A DNA stretch of 64,000 nucleotides from the human T2T-CHM13v2.0 reference genome, Homo sapiens (GCF_009914755.1 NC_060928.1), one strand, 5' to 3'. Counted from the first letter of the stretch, positions 22,210 through 36,965 are shown. Numbers and translations: made by a program. The notes: generated by a model from the sequence alone, not told the origin.

Positions 22210-22510
22210 TTTTTTTTGAGAGAGAGGGTCTTGCTCTGTCACCCAGGCTGGAGGGCAGTGGCGCAATCTTGGCTCACTGTAGCCTTGACCTCCCAGGCTC
22301 AAGCAGTCCTTCCACCTCAGCCTTCCAAGTAACTGGAACTACAGGCACATGCCACCACACCCAGCTATTTTTTGTAGAGACAGGGTTTCACCATGTTGTC
22401 CAGGCTGATCTCAAACTCCTAAGCTCAAGCGGAACGCCTGGGCCAAGCGATCTGCCCACCTCTGCCTCTCAGAGTGCTTGGATTACAGTCATGAGCCACT
22501 GCGTCCAGCC
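22210..22510 (-). mobile_element. AluJ
   Basis: Antisense Alu; TSD TGGAGGAAAGCTTTT. Confidence 0.95.
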
Positions 22511-22589
22511 TCTGGAGGAAAGCTTTTGAACAAAGTTTTCAGTTAGATTGTCTTTCACTTTCCTAATCTCTAAAGTGGTTATCAGTCTT

Positions 22590-24175
22590 TTTTTTTTCTT
22601 TTTAAAAAGTTAAGCAATTTATTTATAAAAGACAAATAAATATTATATATATTTATGGTACACAAGTCACATTTTGCTATCCACATACATTGTGAAATGA
22701 TTAAATCAAGCTAGTTCGCATATCCATCACCAGACATGCTTATTCTTTTCTTGCAGTGAGAACATTTAAGATCTATTCTCTTAGCAATTTTCAAGTATGA
22801 AATACATTATGACTAATCACAGTCACCACGTTGTTCAATAGATGTCCAGAACTTATTCATCCTAACTGATATTTTGTACCCTGTCACCAACATCTCTCCA
22901 TCTCCTCCCCTTACCTCCAGCCCCTGGTAACCACTGTTCTACTCTCTACTTCCATGAGTTCAATTTCTTTAGATTCCACATGTAAGTGAGATCATGCAGT
23001 ATTTGTGTTCCTGTGCCTGGCTTATTTCACTTAGCATAATGTTCTCCATGTTCATTCATATTGTCACAAATGACAGGATATCCTTCTTTTTTGGCTGAAT
23101 AGTATTCCATTGTGCATATACACCAAATTTTCTTTATCCATTCATCTGTCAATGGACACATAGGTTGATTCAATATCTTAGCCATTGTGAAAATGCTGCA
23201 ATGTACGTGAGAATGTAGCTTTCTGATTTCATTTCCTTTGGATATATACACAGTAGTGGGATTGCTAGATCATATCGTAGTTCTATTTTTAGTTTTTTGA
23301 GGAACCTCCATACTGTTTTCCATATGGCTATACTAATTTGCATTCCCACCTACGGTGTAGAAGGCTTCCCCTTTCTCCACACTCTTGCCAACACTTATCT
23401 TTCATCTTTTTTCCATCCTAAATGTGTGAGATCATATCTCATAGTGGTTTTAATTGGCATTTCCCTGATGATTATGAAACCAACCCAATAGTCCCATAGA
23501 TAATTTTATGGATAAACATAGAAATTGACCATTCTGGTCTTAAAATCAGAACCTTACATTTGTTTTATCTGAGTTCCTTCCTCTGAAAACCACTTTCAGA
23601 CCTGTCGAAAAAAAATAGCGAAGAACACCAGATCACCACATCCAGACAATGAGATGTGGGACCCTCATTCATCATGATTACTCCCTCGCCCCTCTCTAGT
23701 TTCTGTTTTCTTACACATTGTTACATTTCTTCCCTGCTATATAAACCTCTAGTTTTAGCCGGTCAGGGAGAAGGATATGAGACTGAGCTCCCATCTCCTT
23801 GACTGCAGCACCAGATTAAAGCTTCTTCCTCAGCAATACTCATTGTCTCAGTGATTGGCTTTCTGTGCAGTGAGCAGCAGGGCCCAGTCCAAACCCCTGG
23901 TGTTTTGGTAACAATTAATGATGCTGACCATCTTTCCATACACCTGTTAGCTATTTCTATGTCTTTTTGGAGAAATGTCTATTTGGGTCCTTTGCCTATC
24001 TTTAAAATGAGGTTACTTGGGTTTTTTTTTTTGTTTTTTTTTTTTTTGCTATCGAGTTGAGTTTCCCATATATTTTGGGGAACTTATCAGATGCATGGTT
24101 TGAAAATATTTTCTCCCACTCCACATGCTTTTTCATTTTGTTGATTGTGCAGAGGTTTTTAGTCAGATGGAATCC
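22590..24175 (-). mobile_element. L1MA 3' end with ORF2 C-terminal remnant, interrupted by an LTR
   Basis: ORF 23027-23251 reads QPMCPLTDEWIKKIWCICTMEYYSA (L1 ORF2 C-terminus); L1MA-type 3' UTR. Confidence 0.9.
23475..23913 (+). mobile_element. ERV1-class (MER4-group-like) solo LTR
   Basis: TG...CA termini, 4-bp TSD ATTA on both sides, TATATAAA at ~23738, ATTAAA at 23815; exact family uncertain. Confidence 0.85.
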
Positions 24176-25031
24176 TTAAAATGGGTGTCAGTCTTGCTTT
24201 CAGCAATATTTGTGAACATCCCTATGTGACAGGTAGCTCTGCCTCAGTCGGCCGGCCCAGTCACTGTATTTTCTAGCAGAACTCTGGCCAGCTCACTGGA
24301 AGGAAAAGCGGACTCCTTGAGTGTGGCTTCCGGGGTTTCCTTGCTCGTTTACTTGTTCTAAAATGTGACAGCTTAGTTTCTTCAGTTACATTCATTTTAA
24401 ATTAAAAATAAATTTCCCTTGAACTATGATTCAATGATGTATTTTCTCAAATTATTATCCTAAATCATAATTAAATGAAACTATAATCATACCAAAATCG
24501 AGTTATATCGTTTCCACATTTAAGTGAGAATTTATGTGTAAACTTCCTGTAAAAAGTTCACATCAATTTTACTCAAAACTATGAGTCATGTTGTTCATTC
24601 TGAATGTTATTTTTATGCATTTTCATGAGTTTATTATAATGGCTCATTTACAGAAGGCCTTGAAAGGGACTCAAGTGAAGTATGACTTCTTCAATTTGCT
24701 TATTTGTACTATTTCATATTTGTCTCCCCGAGTAGGTAGGTTTATTAGAACTAGAGAGTCTGGAACTGGAAATTCTCATCAAAATGTGTACGCAGGGAGC
24801 AGTGAAGAGAGGATTCCCTTTTGTAAGAAATTTTACCCTCCTTAACCTTCTTGATTTGAGTATTAAGAGTTAAAATATCTTCCTATTTTCTGATAGACAA
24901 GCTTCTAATATGCACATTATATTTATGCTCTGGGTGGGTGTATCATAAAGACCACACATATTTCTTTTCATAGAACTATAAACTGGTAATTTCTGAAAAT
25001 CATAAAGAAAGACAATCTTTATGATTTTCAG

Positions 25032-25163
25032 GGCCGGGCATGGTGGCTCATGCCTGTAATTCCAGCACTTGGGAGGCTGAGGCAGGGGAATCACTTGAGC
25101 TCAGGGTTTGAGACCAGCCTGGGCAACATAGCAAGACCTCGTCTCTGAAAAGAAAAAAAAAAA
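25032..25163 (+). mobile_element. FLAM_C monomer
   Basis: Left monomer with A tail. Confidence 0.85.
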
Positions 25164-25692
25164 GGCAATTTAAATGTTATTATATATTGAAGGAACACTT
25201 CAATATATAAGAAGTATAATGCTTTGGTGTTGATGATTGGAAAGCAAAAGTACTGCCTCTCTGCACTCTACCCCTGGCTGTCTGATCCCTAACCCCAGGT
25301 CAGAGCTCCTCTCAGGGTGGTTCTCCCTCACCACTGGCTCCTTTCTGTTCTGGCAAATGCTCTTCTCCTTGTCTGGTTCACCCAGAGGTGGGGCTGCGGT
25401 ATCTCTTGCAGTTTCTCTATACCTTAGCCACACTTCTGTAAATAGCCTCTTTATTAACTCACATCAACATATCCTTATCTGAGCATGCCCTCTTTTCTCC
25501 TGTTGGGTCTCTGTTTGACACACAAGGTTTAACCAAAGGAAATGATTTCTGTAAATGAGAAAATATTTTATTAAACATTGCAAAATATGCAGACTTTCTT
25601 TGAAACATTAGGCAATACAGTAACAAAAAGATGGAAAACAAGAGAAAGAAAGGGTGGAGCTGGGGAAGAGAAGTAAAGAAAGAGGGGAAAAC

Positions 25693-26189
<497 letters not shown>

Positions 26190-26635
26190 TCAGATACAGA
26201 AGACATCATGACGCCAGCTCCCGTCCACTGAATGCTCTCTGTAGCCTAAATTCTCGCCTCAGCTTATACCTGTGCTGCTGTATTAGGTAGCACAAGCCCA
26301 GGGGGCAGGAGAGAGCTCAGGGAGCGCAGCGGGGAAGGTAGGGCAACCATGAGGAAGGTGAGTTACCAATCTGGCCACTACCTTGGGGTCAAACTTGATC
26401 ATAGGAACCATCTTCTAAGACAATCACTTTTTGGGACACCATTTAGGGGAGGAAGGGGGAAGAATTGATCTCTGGAGTTTGTGCCTGTGTGAAGTTGGTA
26501 GGAGTCCATGCAGAGCTGATGGCTACAGTGATGGTCTGGCCTGAGGCCCCAGATCAAGAGAGGCCAAGAGACCTGAGGAGGGATCCGCCATAGTGCCATC
26601 ATACATGAACACGAATCCTCACAGTAACCCTCTGA

Positions 26636-26807
26636 ATTAGCCAGGTGTGATGGTGAACACCTGTGGTCTCAGCAACTCAGGAGGCTGAGGCAGGAGAATG
26701 GCTTGAGCCCAGGAATTTGAGGCTGCACTGAGCCATAACTGTGCCACTGCTCTCCAGCCTGGGCAACAGAGTGAGACCCTGTCTCTAAAAAAATTAACTA
26801 TAATAAT
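26636..26807 (+). mobile_element. AluJ right arm
   Basis: TSD AGTAACCCTCTGA at 26623-26635 and 26808-26820. Confidence 0.9.
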
Positions 26808-27351
26808 AGTAACCCTCTGAGCAGGCATAGGACTCTGGGTACGAGTAATACAGACTCACTTGGGAAGGGAAAGGCCGTTTCTTGGCACACTGACCAGACC
26901 TCAGAAAGCGCAAGGGTGTGGCAGACCTCAGGGCTCACTGGAACCGCATGCTTGAAGGGCAGCAACGCCCTGCGCCTCACTGAATTCTCTCAGAATGGTT
27001 TCCCCTTGATTGGGAACCAGGATCCCTGGCAGCCCTGGGTCCTGCCACCAGAAACTGGAAAAGAAAGGGTTTCTCCTTCTCTTAGTCTGAAGGCATCCCA
27101 GGGAAGAGCCCTGACCTCACTCTTGGTCAGGTGACCCCTCCTTGGACCACTCAGTGTAGCTGGGGGGCCGCCCTGTGCTTGGCCACTCCTGGGCTGAGTC
27201 TGCCCTGCAGCGGAGGGTCGGCCGGGTCACTCAGAGCTCACCAGAGTCTGAGTTGTTCAACGTCACTAGTAAGGTCAGAGGGGGTCGTTCCATTCATCTC
27301 CACTCCCAGAAATAAGAGGAGCCCACACACCAGGCAGGAGAACAGCAGCTG

Positions 27352-29502
27352 CGGCAGGCCCTCCAATAAGGACGTCATGCTGAAGAGAGGAAAACGCTTC
27401 CCTCAGGCCCCGTCGGTGGGGGCTGCCTGTTCTCACTGCCGCGGGGCTTTTCTCCCAGGGTTCTGGGTTCCTCCCGTGTCCCAAAGCTGGGCCCATTCGT
27501 TTAACTGGCATGTCTCCATGGTCTCAGCGTGGGTGAGGGTGTGTGGTTGAATGTGGGTGAGCGTGGGTGAAAGTGAGTGTTGGCGAGTGTGAGAATGAGT
27601 GTGAGAGAGTGTGGGTGAGTGCGAGGATGAGTGTGAGAGTGTGGGTGAGTGAGGATGAGTGTGAGTGTGGGTGAGTGTGAGTGTGAGGATGAGTGTGAGT
27701 GTGAGGATGAGTGTGAGTGTGGGTGAGTGTGAGGATGAGTGTGAGGATGAGTGTGAGTGTGGGTGTGAGGATGAGTGTGAGTGTGGGTGTGAGGATGACT
27801 GTGAGAGTGTGGGTGAGAGGATGAGTGTGAGTGTGGATGAGTGTGAGGATGAGTGAGAGTGAGGATGAGTGTGAGTGTGGGTGAGTGTGAGGATGAGTGT
27901 GAGTGTGGGTGAGTGTGAGGATGAGTGTGAGTGTGGGTGTGAGGATGAGTGTGAGTGTGGTGTGAGGATGAGTGTGAGTGTGTGTGGTGTGAGGATGAGT
28001 GTGGGTGAGAGGATGAGTGTGGGTGGGTGAGTGTGAGGATGAGTGTGAGAGTGGGGGTGAGTGTGAGGATGAGTGTGAGTGTGGGTGAGTGTGAGGATGA
28101 GTGTGAGTGTGGGTGAGTGTGAGGATGAGTGTGAGTGTGGGTGTGAGGATGAGTGTGAGAAAGTGTGGGTGAGCATGGGTGAAAGCGAGTGTGAGTGTGG
28201 GTGAGCATGAGAAAGTGTGGGTGAGTGTAGGTGAGGGTGAGTGGGTGACAGTATGAGTGAGGGTAAGTGTGGGTGACTGGGTGAGGGTGGGTGTGGGTAT
28301 GAGGGTAAGCATGGGTGAGGGTGTGTGGGTGGGTGAGGGCGAGGATCTGGGTGTGTGGGTGAGTGTGCATGAGTGTGGGTGTGGGTGAGTGTGTGGGTGA
28401 GTGTGTGGGTGAGTGTGGGTGAGAGTGAGGGTGGGTGAGTGAGGGCGAGGATCTGGGTGTGTGGGTGAGTGTGCATGAGTGTGGGTGTGGGTGAGTGTGT
28501 GGGTGAGTGTGGGTGAGAGTGAGGGTGAGTGTGGGTGTGAGGGTGTGGGTGAGGGTGAGTGTGGGTGAGTGAGGGTGTGGGTGTATGGGTGAGGGTGTTA
28601 GGGTGAGTGTGGGGGTGAGTGTGGGTGAGGGTGAGTGAGGATGTGGGTGTGGGTGAATGTGAGTGTGGGTGTGGGTGAGTCTGAATGTGGGTGTGGGTGA
28701 GTGTGAGTGGGTGAGGGTGAGTGTGAGGATGAGTGTGGGTGAGGGTGAGTGAGAGTGGGTGAGGTGTGGGTGAGGGTTGTGAGGGTGTGAGGGTAAGGGT
28801 GTGAGTGCGGGTGAGTGAGGGTAAGTGTGGATGGGGAGGGTGTGTGAGTGGGTGTGGGTGAGTGTGAGTACAGGTTAGGGTAAGTGTGGATGGGGGAGGG
28901 TGAGCGTGAGTGGGTGTGGGTGAGTGTGGGTGAGTGTGAGTGCAGGTGAGGGTGTGTGGATGGGGGAGGGTAAGCGTGAGTGGGTGTGTGTGTGTGGGTG
29001 AGTGTGAGTGCAGGTGAGTGAGGGTAAGTGTGGATGGGGAGGGTGAGCGTGAGTGGGTGTGTGTGGGGGGGGTGAGTGTGGGTGAGTGTGAGTGAGTGCA
29101 GGTGAGGGTAAGTGTGGGTGAATGTGGGTCACCCTGCGATGGGAGGGCATCCTGACCGGAGCGGGTCCCACCTGGCATCCTGAACTGCTGGGATGCCCCT
29201 ATTTCCCCCCACTTCCTTTTCCCACCACCCGGACCTGAAATAAGGGGATACTTCTTACTTGTTTTGATTAGTTCTTCTTAAATATTTGTATGGCTCACAT
29301 TTATTACAATGTGTAACATGAGAAGTGTTTTGGCCTTTATTTAGAACTTTGATGATATTTTTGTGATGGGAAATTATGCCCTAGGAACTTAACTCTGGTT
29401 TATATCAATTAACCTATGGGAAAATAGGTTTTGTTATCTGTCGTTTTGCTTAAAGTTGCAGTTTCCAAGAACCTATTGATGGTGTTAAGTGAGGATTTAC
29501 CG
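27352..29502 (+). mobile_element. MER6-family (TcMar-Tigger) element split by a GT-rich tandem array
   Basis: 5' end CGGCAGGCCCTCCAATAAG; internal ttcctcccgtgtcccaaag..aactggcatgtctccatggtc; resumes after the array with ccctgcgatgggagggcatcctg; 3' end gtttccaagaacctattgatggtgttaagtgaggatttaccg plus TA. Confidence 0.8.
27527..29128. repeat. GT-rich minisatellite/VNTR, ~1.6 kb, three sub-domains
   Basis: Units such as GTGAGGATGAGTGTGAGTGTGGGTGAGT; C almost absent on the + strand. Confidence 0.97.
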
Positions 29503-29977
29503 TATTGTGTTTACACATGTAGCCAAAGTCAACCCTTTCTACCTCGCCCAGAAGTATATTACAGGGAACACATTTTGCACTATTTTGTCTTCATCACTCA
29601 CATATAAGCAATTGCCAACTCTTGTCCATTTCTGTTTCTTAAGTGTCTCTTGAGCCCTCCCTCTTCCTCTCCTCATTGCCACACCACAGTACCCGCCCGC
29701 ACCCTGTCAGTTGGCTGTTTGCAATCACCAGCTGGTCTCCTTGCCTCTCTCACCTTGTCCACCTTATGCTGTCACCAGAGTTATCATTGTAAAACAAATC
29801 TGATTGAACCATTCTGTTCAGAGGTCTCTGGTGGCCCACTCTTTCTTCTGTATTTAATATCAACTCTGTGAAACTTCCCCAGAAAGGAAGAATGAAAGAA
29901 TTTGACTTTTCCTGAAAGAACCTCTCTAGTACTTTGTAGTAAAAATACTCTTCTGTTTATATAAACTCTCTTAGGGT

Positions 29978-30300
29978 GGCTGGGCTTGGCAGCTCACACC
30001 TGTAATCCCAGCACGTTGAGGGTCTGAGGAGGGAGGATCATTTGAGGCCAGGAGTTCGAGACCAACCTGGGCAACATAGCGAGACCTCGTTTCTACAAAA
30101 AGTTTTAAAATTATCTGGGTGTGGTGGTGAGAGGCTATATGTCCCCAGCTACCTGGGAGGCTGAGGTGGAAGGATTGCCTGAGCCCAGAAGCTGCAGGCT
30201 GCAGGCTACAGTGAGCTATGATCATGCCACGGCACCCCAGCCTGAGGGATAGCGTGAGATCTTATCTCAGAAAAAAAAAAAAAAAAAAAAGAAAACAAAA
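29978..30300 (+). mobile_element. AluJ
   Basis: Dimer and tail; ACTCT(C)TTAGGGT on both sides. Confidence 0.95.
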
Positions 30301-30866
30301 CCCCCACAACACTCTTAGGGTATTTATCATATTTGATTGTATGTTTTTGTTTGTCTGTGTTAGTTTCCTCCACCAAATAGACACTTATTCGAATGAGCAG
30401 AAACACTTTCTTAGTTATTATTGTATCCATAGCACTTGTCATGCCCTGGTAATAGACATTCAATAACTGCCAAATAAATAATTAACATTTAGCTTTTTCT
30501 TTTATTCCCTGGTGTCTGGAGTAGGGGAAGAAGAAAAAAGGGGAAAAACAACAGAAAGAGAAATAGGAGAGAAAAAAATCCAAAATTACATTTAATCCCC
30601 GTCTCTTGTATCAAATCAATTTTGGAATGAAGTGAGGATATAAACAAGTCAGTCAACAAAATCATGACATTTCATATTAGTAACACGCAGTCTTATCTCC
30701 AGACCATAATCTGCCCTGATGTTTGTAGTTTGTCTCTTGGTTCCAAAACGCAATGTTATTGAAATGAGGCTGTGGATAATACCGCCGTTGGAAAAGGCAT
30801 GAGGGTCAATGCAAAAATGCAGTGACGGAAGTAGTACATTGTGTGTGTCAACAGTCATTCAAATTA

Positions 30867-31494
<628 letters not shown>

Positions 31495-31740
31495 CACTGA
31501 CAAAACTCAGTGGAAACCTCTGGAAGATTTGATGGTAGATGGTTTTATCATCTGCAGCTGTTCACTCCTCCACTGTGTCAGAGAGGATTAGACATCCCTG
31601 TTCATTGCAGGTGACCTCACATCACCCCCATAAACGGGGGCAGGTTGTGCTTCCACACCTTGTTGTCAGCCCGGGCCAATGGAATCTGAGCAGATGTGAC
31701 TTACACCAGGATGAGCAGAAGCTTCAATGTGATTGCCTGC

Positions 31741-32321
31741 TGTGATGGCCAATTTTAGGTGTCAACTTGACTGGGCTAAGGGATGCCCAGATAGCTGGTA
31801 AAACATGCTTGCAGGGTGTTTCCAGAGGAGGTGAGCCTTTGAATTGGTAGCTTTAGTAAAGAAAATCTACCCTCATTATTGTGAGTGGGCATCATTCAAT
31901 CTGTTGAGAGCTCAAATCGAATAACAAAAAAAGAAGAAATGGTGAATTTGTTCACTCTGCTTGAGCCAGGAACTCCATCTTCTCCTGTCCTTGGATATCA
32001 GAACTCTTGAGTCTCAGGCTTTCGGAATCAGACAGGGATTTATACCACCAGTCCCCTCCAACCTCCCTTCTCCCTTGGACTTGGACTGAATTACACCACT
32101 GGCTTTCCCTGTTCTCCAGTTTGTAGACAGTGGCATATGGGATTTCTCACCCTCCATAATGGTGTGAGCCAATTCCTAGACGAAATCATATATATGTATC
32201 TATCTCTATATATCATATATATATCCATATATCCTATCTCTATATATCCTATCTATATATATGATCTATCTATCTATCTATCTATCTATCTATGTTTCTC
32301 TGAAGAGCCCTGATTAATACA
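31741..32321 (+). mobile_element. MLT2-family (ERVL) solo LTR with (TCTA)n tract, inserted into an older MLT1-like LTR
   Basis: TGTGATGG..gtgtcaacttgactgggctaagggatgcccaga...taataCA; perfect 5-bp TSD CCTGC. Confidence 0.9.
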
Positions 32322-32886
32322 CCTGCTTTGGCAAGGACCCTTGCTCTGCCCCCTATCGCAGCCTGTCCCGGATCAGGGCTGCTTCTCTGGTGGAGGTCCC
32401 AGATTGAGAAGACACCAGAACAGACCTGCCGCCCACCGGCGGTCTGGAGCAGAAGCACAGTCCCGGGCTGACGGTGGCAGACTCACATGTAACACAAGCA
32501 AGACATACACATGGTTTTTATTGTAAGCAACTGACATGTACCTGTTTGTTACTGAAGCAAAGCTGATAACTTAGAGAAGTAAATCAAAATTCTTAAGTGG
32601 AAACAACCAGCAAAATACTTTTAAATATGAACCATTAAACCAAATTCCAATAGAAGTAACAGGGAATTTATTGAAGAGAGACAACATTCTTTTTGATTGC
32701 TGGAAAGAATAGAATCTTCAATTAAACAAATTAGTAAGCAAATCCATGCCACGTAGTAGATTACACTATTACTCCCAATTATTTGTTGCCTTTACTATGG
32801 AAAATTATACTTGCACACATCATTTACATGAGGCTTGGCCATGTGACTTGCTTTGATGAGTAAAATGTGAATAGAATTGCTGTATG

Positions 32887-33192
<306 letters not shown>

Positions 33193-33560
33193 GGATTGAT
33201 GTATGCCACTTCTAAACAAAAACTTTAAGTAGGATAATTTGAGCAGAAAAGGTTTCCAGGAAGTGGAGACGCAGCAAGGGATGGAAAGTGCTCAGTGATA
33301 TGCACCTCGCTTTGTTGAACTTCTCAAGGGTCGGCGTCACCAGAAAGAGGCCCTCTGGTTAGCCATCTAGGGGCCTCATAGTAGGATTCCTTTATGGTAT
33401 TCTTCTCTTAGATGTGCACATTCAGAAACTTCATCTCATTAGTATGACATACTGATTAGGTACACGGAGAAAGAGGCTCATGCTAATAGAATTCACTAGA
33501 GGCCAGGGTATCAATGGGATCATCGGTGTTTTACTCTGTGAACTGCAATTTCCTTTCCAG

Positions 33561-33852
33561 CACTGAACTGTTCCTTTCCGGGTCCTCCGCGGTACAGAGA
33601 GCACGTATTCCTCTCTAACAAGGTATCCAGGAAGCCGATGATAAAATCTCGCATAAAAGATAAGGGAGACAGCATCCCAGCCTTGTAAAGCCGGAACACT
33701 GCCTGTGTTTCAGGGAAACCATTTGATGTGTATCCGTCAGTCACCAAACTTTCTGCTGCACGGAGCTAAATCATCTCCCAGTTCTGCTCCTCAGACCCTG
33801 CCCTTTTCTGCGCTTCACTGTTAAACATTCTCCCTTCTCACTGACTCTTTAG
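33561..33852 (+). other. Candidate non-coding exon or enhancer
   Basis: Acceptor TTTCCTTTCCAG|, donor TAG|GTGAGT, local CpG retention, two GATA motifs. Confidence 0.25.
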
Positions 33853-35194
33853 GTGAGTTTAGAGCAGTCATTGGTTTTTCAATCACACATTTGCTCTTTT
33901 AGCTTCTGGCAGATCTTTTGATTCCCAATTCAGAGACAGAGTGGAAGAAGCATGGATTCTGGAGCGAGACACATCTGGGTCCAGATCCAGCCTGTACCAC
34001 TCACTAGCTGTATGTTTCTTAGTCATTCTGAGCCTTGTATCTTCTACTATAAAAAAAAAGGGATAATCGACATCTAGGGTTGTTGAAAGGGGAAAAAAAG
34101 AAATCAGATTCTAACCTAGCTGTCACATAACAAATGTAAGATTTTCTTATTTTCTATTGCTATGAAAACATCATGCAAAATAATCTTAAAATGGTAATAA
34201 AAATAACAACTGTAATAATACTTATTAAGCCCTACGATGTCACTAGTACTATGCTAGAAACTTTAGTCTTTCGTTACCATTCTTTGTGGAATTAAAAGTT
34301 ATCCTTTAATGCCCTTTTCTTCTCCTCTCTGCTGTTCTATATAAACCTTCATTTTGTGTAGAAGCTAGAAATTTTCTGCAGCTCAGACAGCTCTTGATGC
34401 TGATGAAAACCTTCATATCCTATTCCTCTCTGGTAATTACAAAGCCTCTTATCTGCACAAGTGGATTCTTTCTGAAGCATCATTTCCATTATCCCTCTGC
34501 TCTGATTAAGAGTTCACAATGGTTCTTTAGCATATATCGGATTGAGAGATTAACCCCTAACTCCCCAGTCCCTGGTCAGCCTTCCAACCAGTTTTCTAGG
34601 AGAGGCACCTTTCCCGTCTAACTTTCCACCCTGCCTGTGCCCATGGCTCACTACTGGTTCCCTTTATGCAAACTCGGTTTATGCTTTTCCTCTCCTGGAA
34701 CAATAATTCTTTCCCTATTTCCAGTCATCTAAATCCTACACTTCTTTTAAGATGAAATTTGAAGTCCACAAAACCTTCTAAGACTAACCAAACCTCAAAT
34801 CTCTATAATTAATTTTTGTTTTGCTTTGAAAAAAATTGTTTTTTCAGGTAAACAGGACATATGCCCTCAGCTACTGCAGGTTAATACCTCAAAGACAAGG
34901 ATATTGTATTCCATTACTTTGACGTTTTCCTCCATCTCTAGGCCTAGCCAGGCCTACGGGAAAGAGTAGGTGCTTAATACTTGGTGAAATGAATCACTGT
35001 TATAATGATCACTATGCCACGAAACCGGCCACTACAAACACTTCGTGGACCCCCGAAGATTTCACCTCAGTCTGTGAAGAAACATTTGCTTAATTGATAT
35101 ATACTATACATAGGGTTAATTTTGTTTTAAAATTCATGCATTTTTCAAAAGTCAGCTTACTCAAGAAGAGTCCAGGAATTTGCAATTAAAGCTA

Positions 35195-35910
<716 letters not shown>

Positions 35911-36070
35911 TTAGTCTCCAGGTGGGTGGAAGGTTTACCTTTCCGAGTGTGAACTTTTCTGTCTTTTGGAACTTAAAATAATTGCATATGAATATGATCA
36001 TGCACAAAATGAGAATGACATCCAAGCAACGTGTTTTTCAGTAACCTCTACCATTGTTCTTTGTATCTTA

Positions 36071-36532
<462 letters not shown>

Positions 36533-36965
36533 TCATTGTGGGACAAAACCAAGCAGCATGAATAAAATCTTCATCATTCACACACTTCTGTGATTTTACA
36601 GCATGGCAGGGACAGACACACAAGTGTGTGTGGCCTGAGTGCTTCTTGAACTCAAGGATTCCTGTGCCAGGATCCGTAGCTGAGCCCAACATTTCGCTGT
36701 GACTTCATGGCAGTCAAAGAGGGATGATGATTTATGTGTCTGTTGTTATCTGACATTTTAAGAAGTCACCAGTTCTTTAGGAGATGAATTCGTTCTCCAG
36801 TATAAAAGTGTAAGAGAAGCTGATCCCGGGATACTGAAAAGCTAAGGCAGGGTAAGTCTTCAATGGAAATTTCAAAAACATATGGCCTCTCTTGTGGAGA
36901 GACAGGAACATACGGTTCCAAGAGAATTCTGTAAAATATTTTCACAGGGAGCTAAAGTGACTTAA

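Noticed and set aside
27527-29128. CRISPR-like or telomeric array
   Set aside because: No unique spacers between repeats, no TTAGGG array, and the context is eukaryotic.
27433-29178. 581-aa His/Thr/Pro-rich ORF and overlapping long ORFs on the minus strand
   Set aside because: The CA-rich, G-poor repeat strand rarely forms stop codons and several frames are open at once, so this is a compositional artefact.
35017-35048. Hairpin CCACGAA...TTCGTGG
   Set aside because: A 7-bp stem with a long loop is expected by chance and has no RNA-gene hallmarks.
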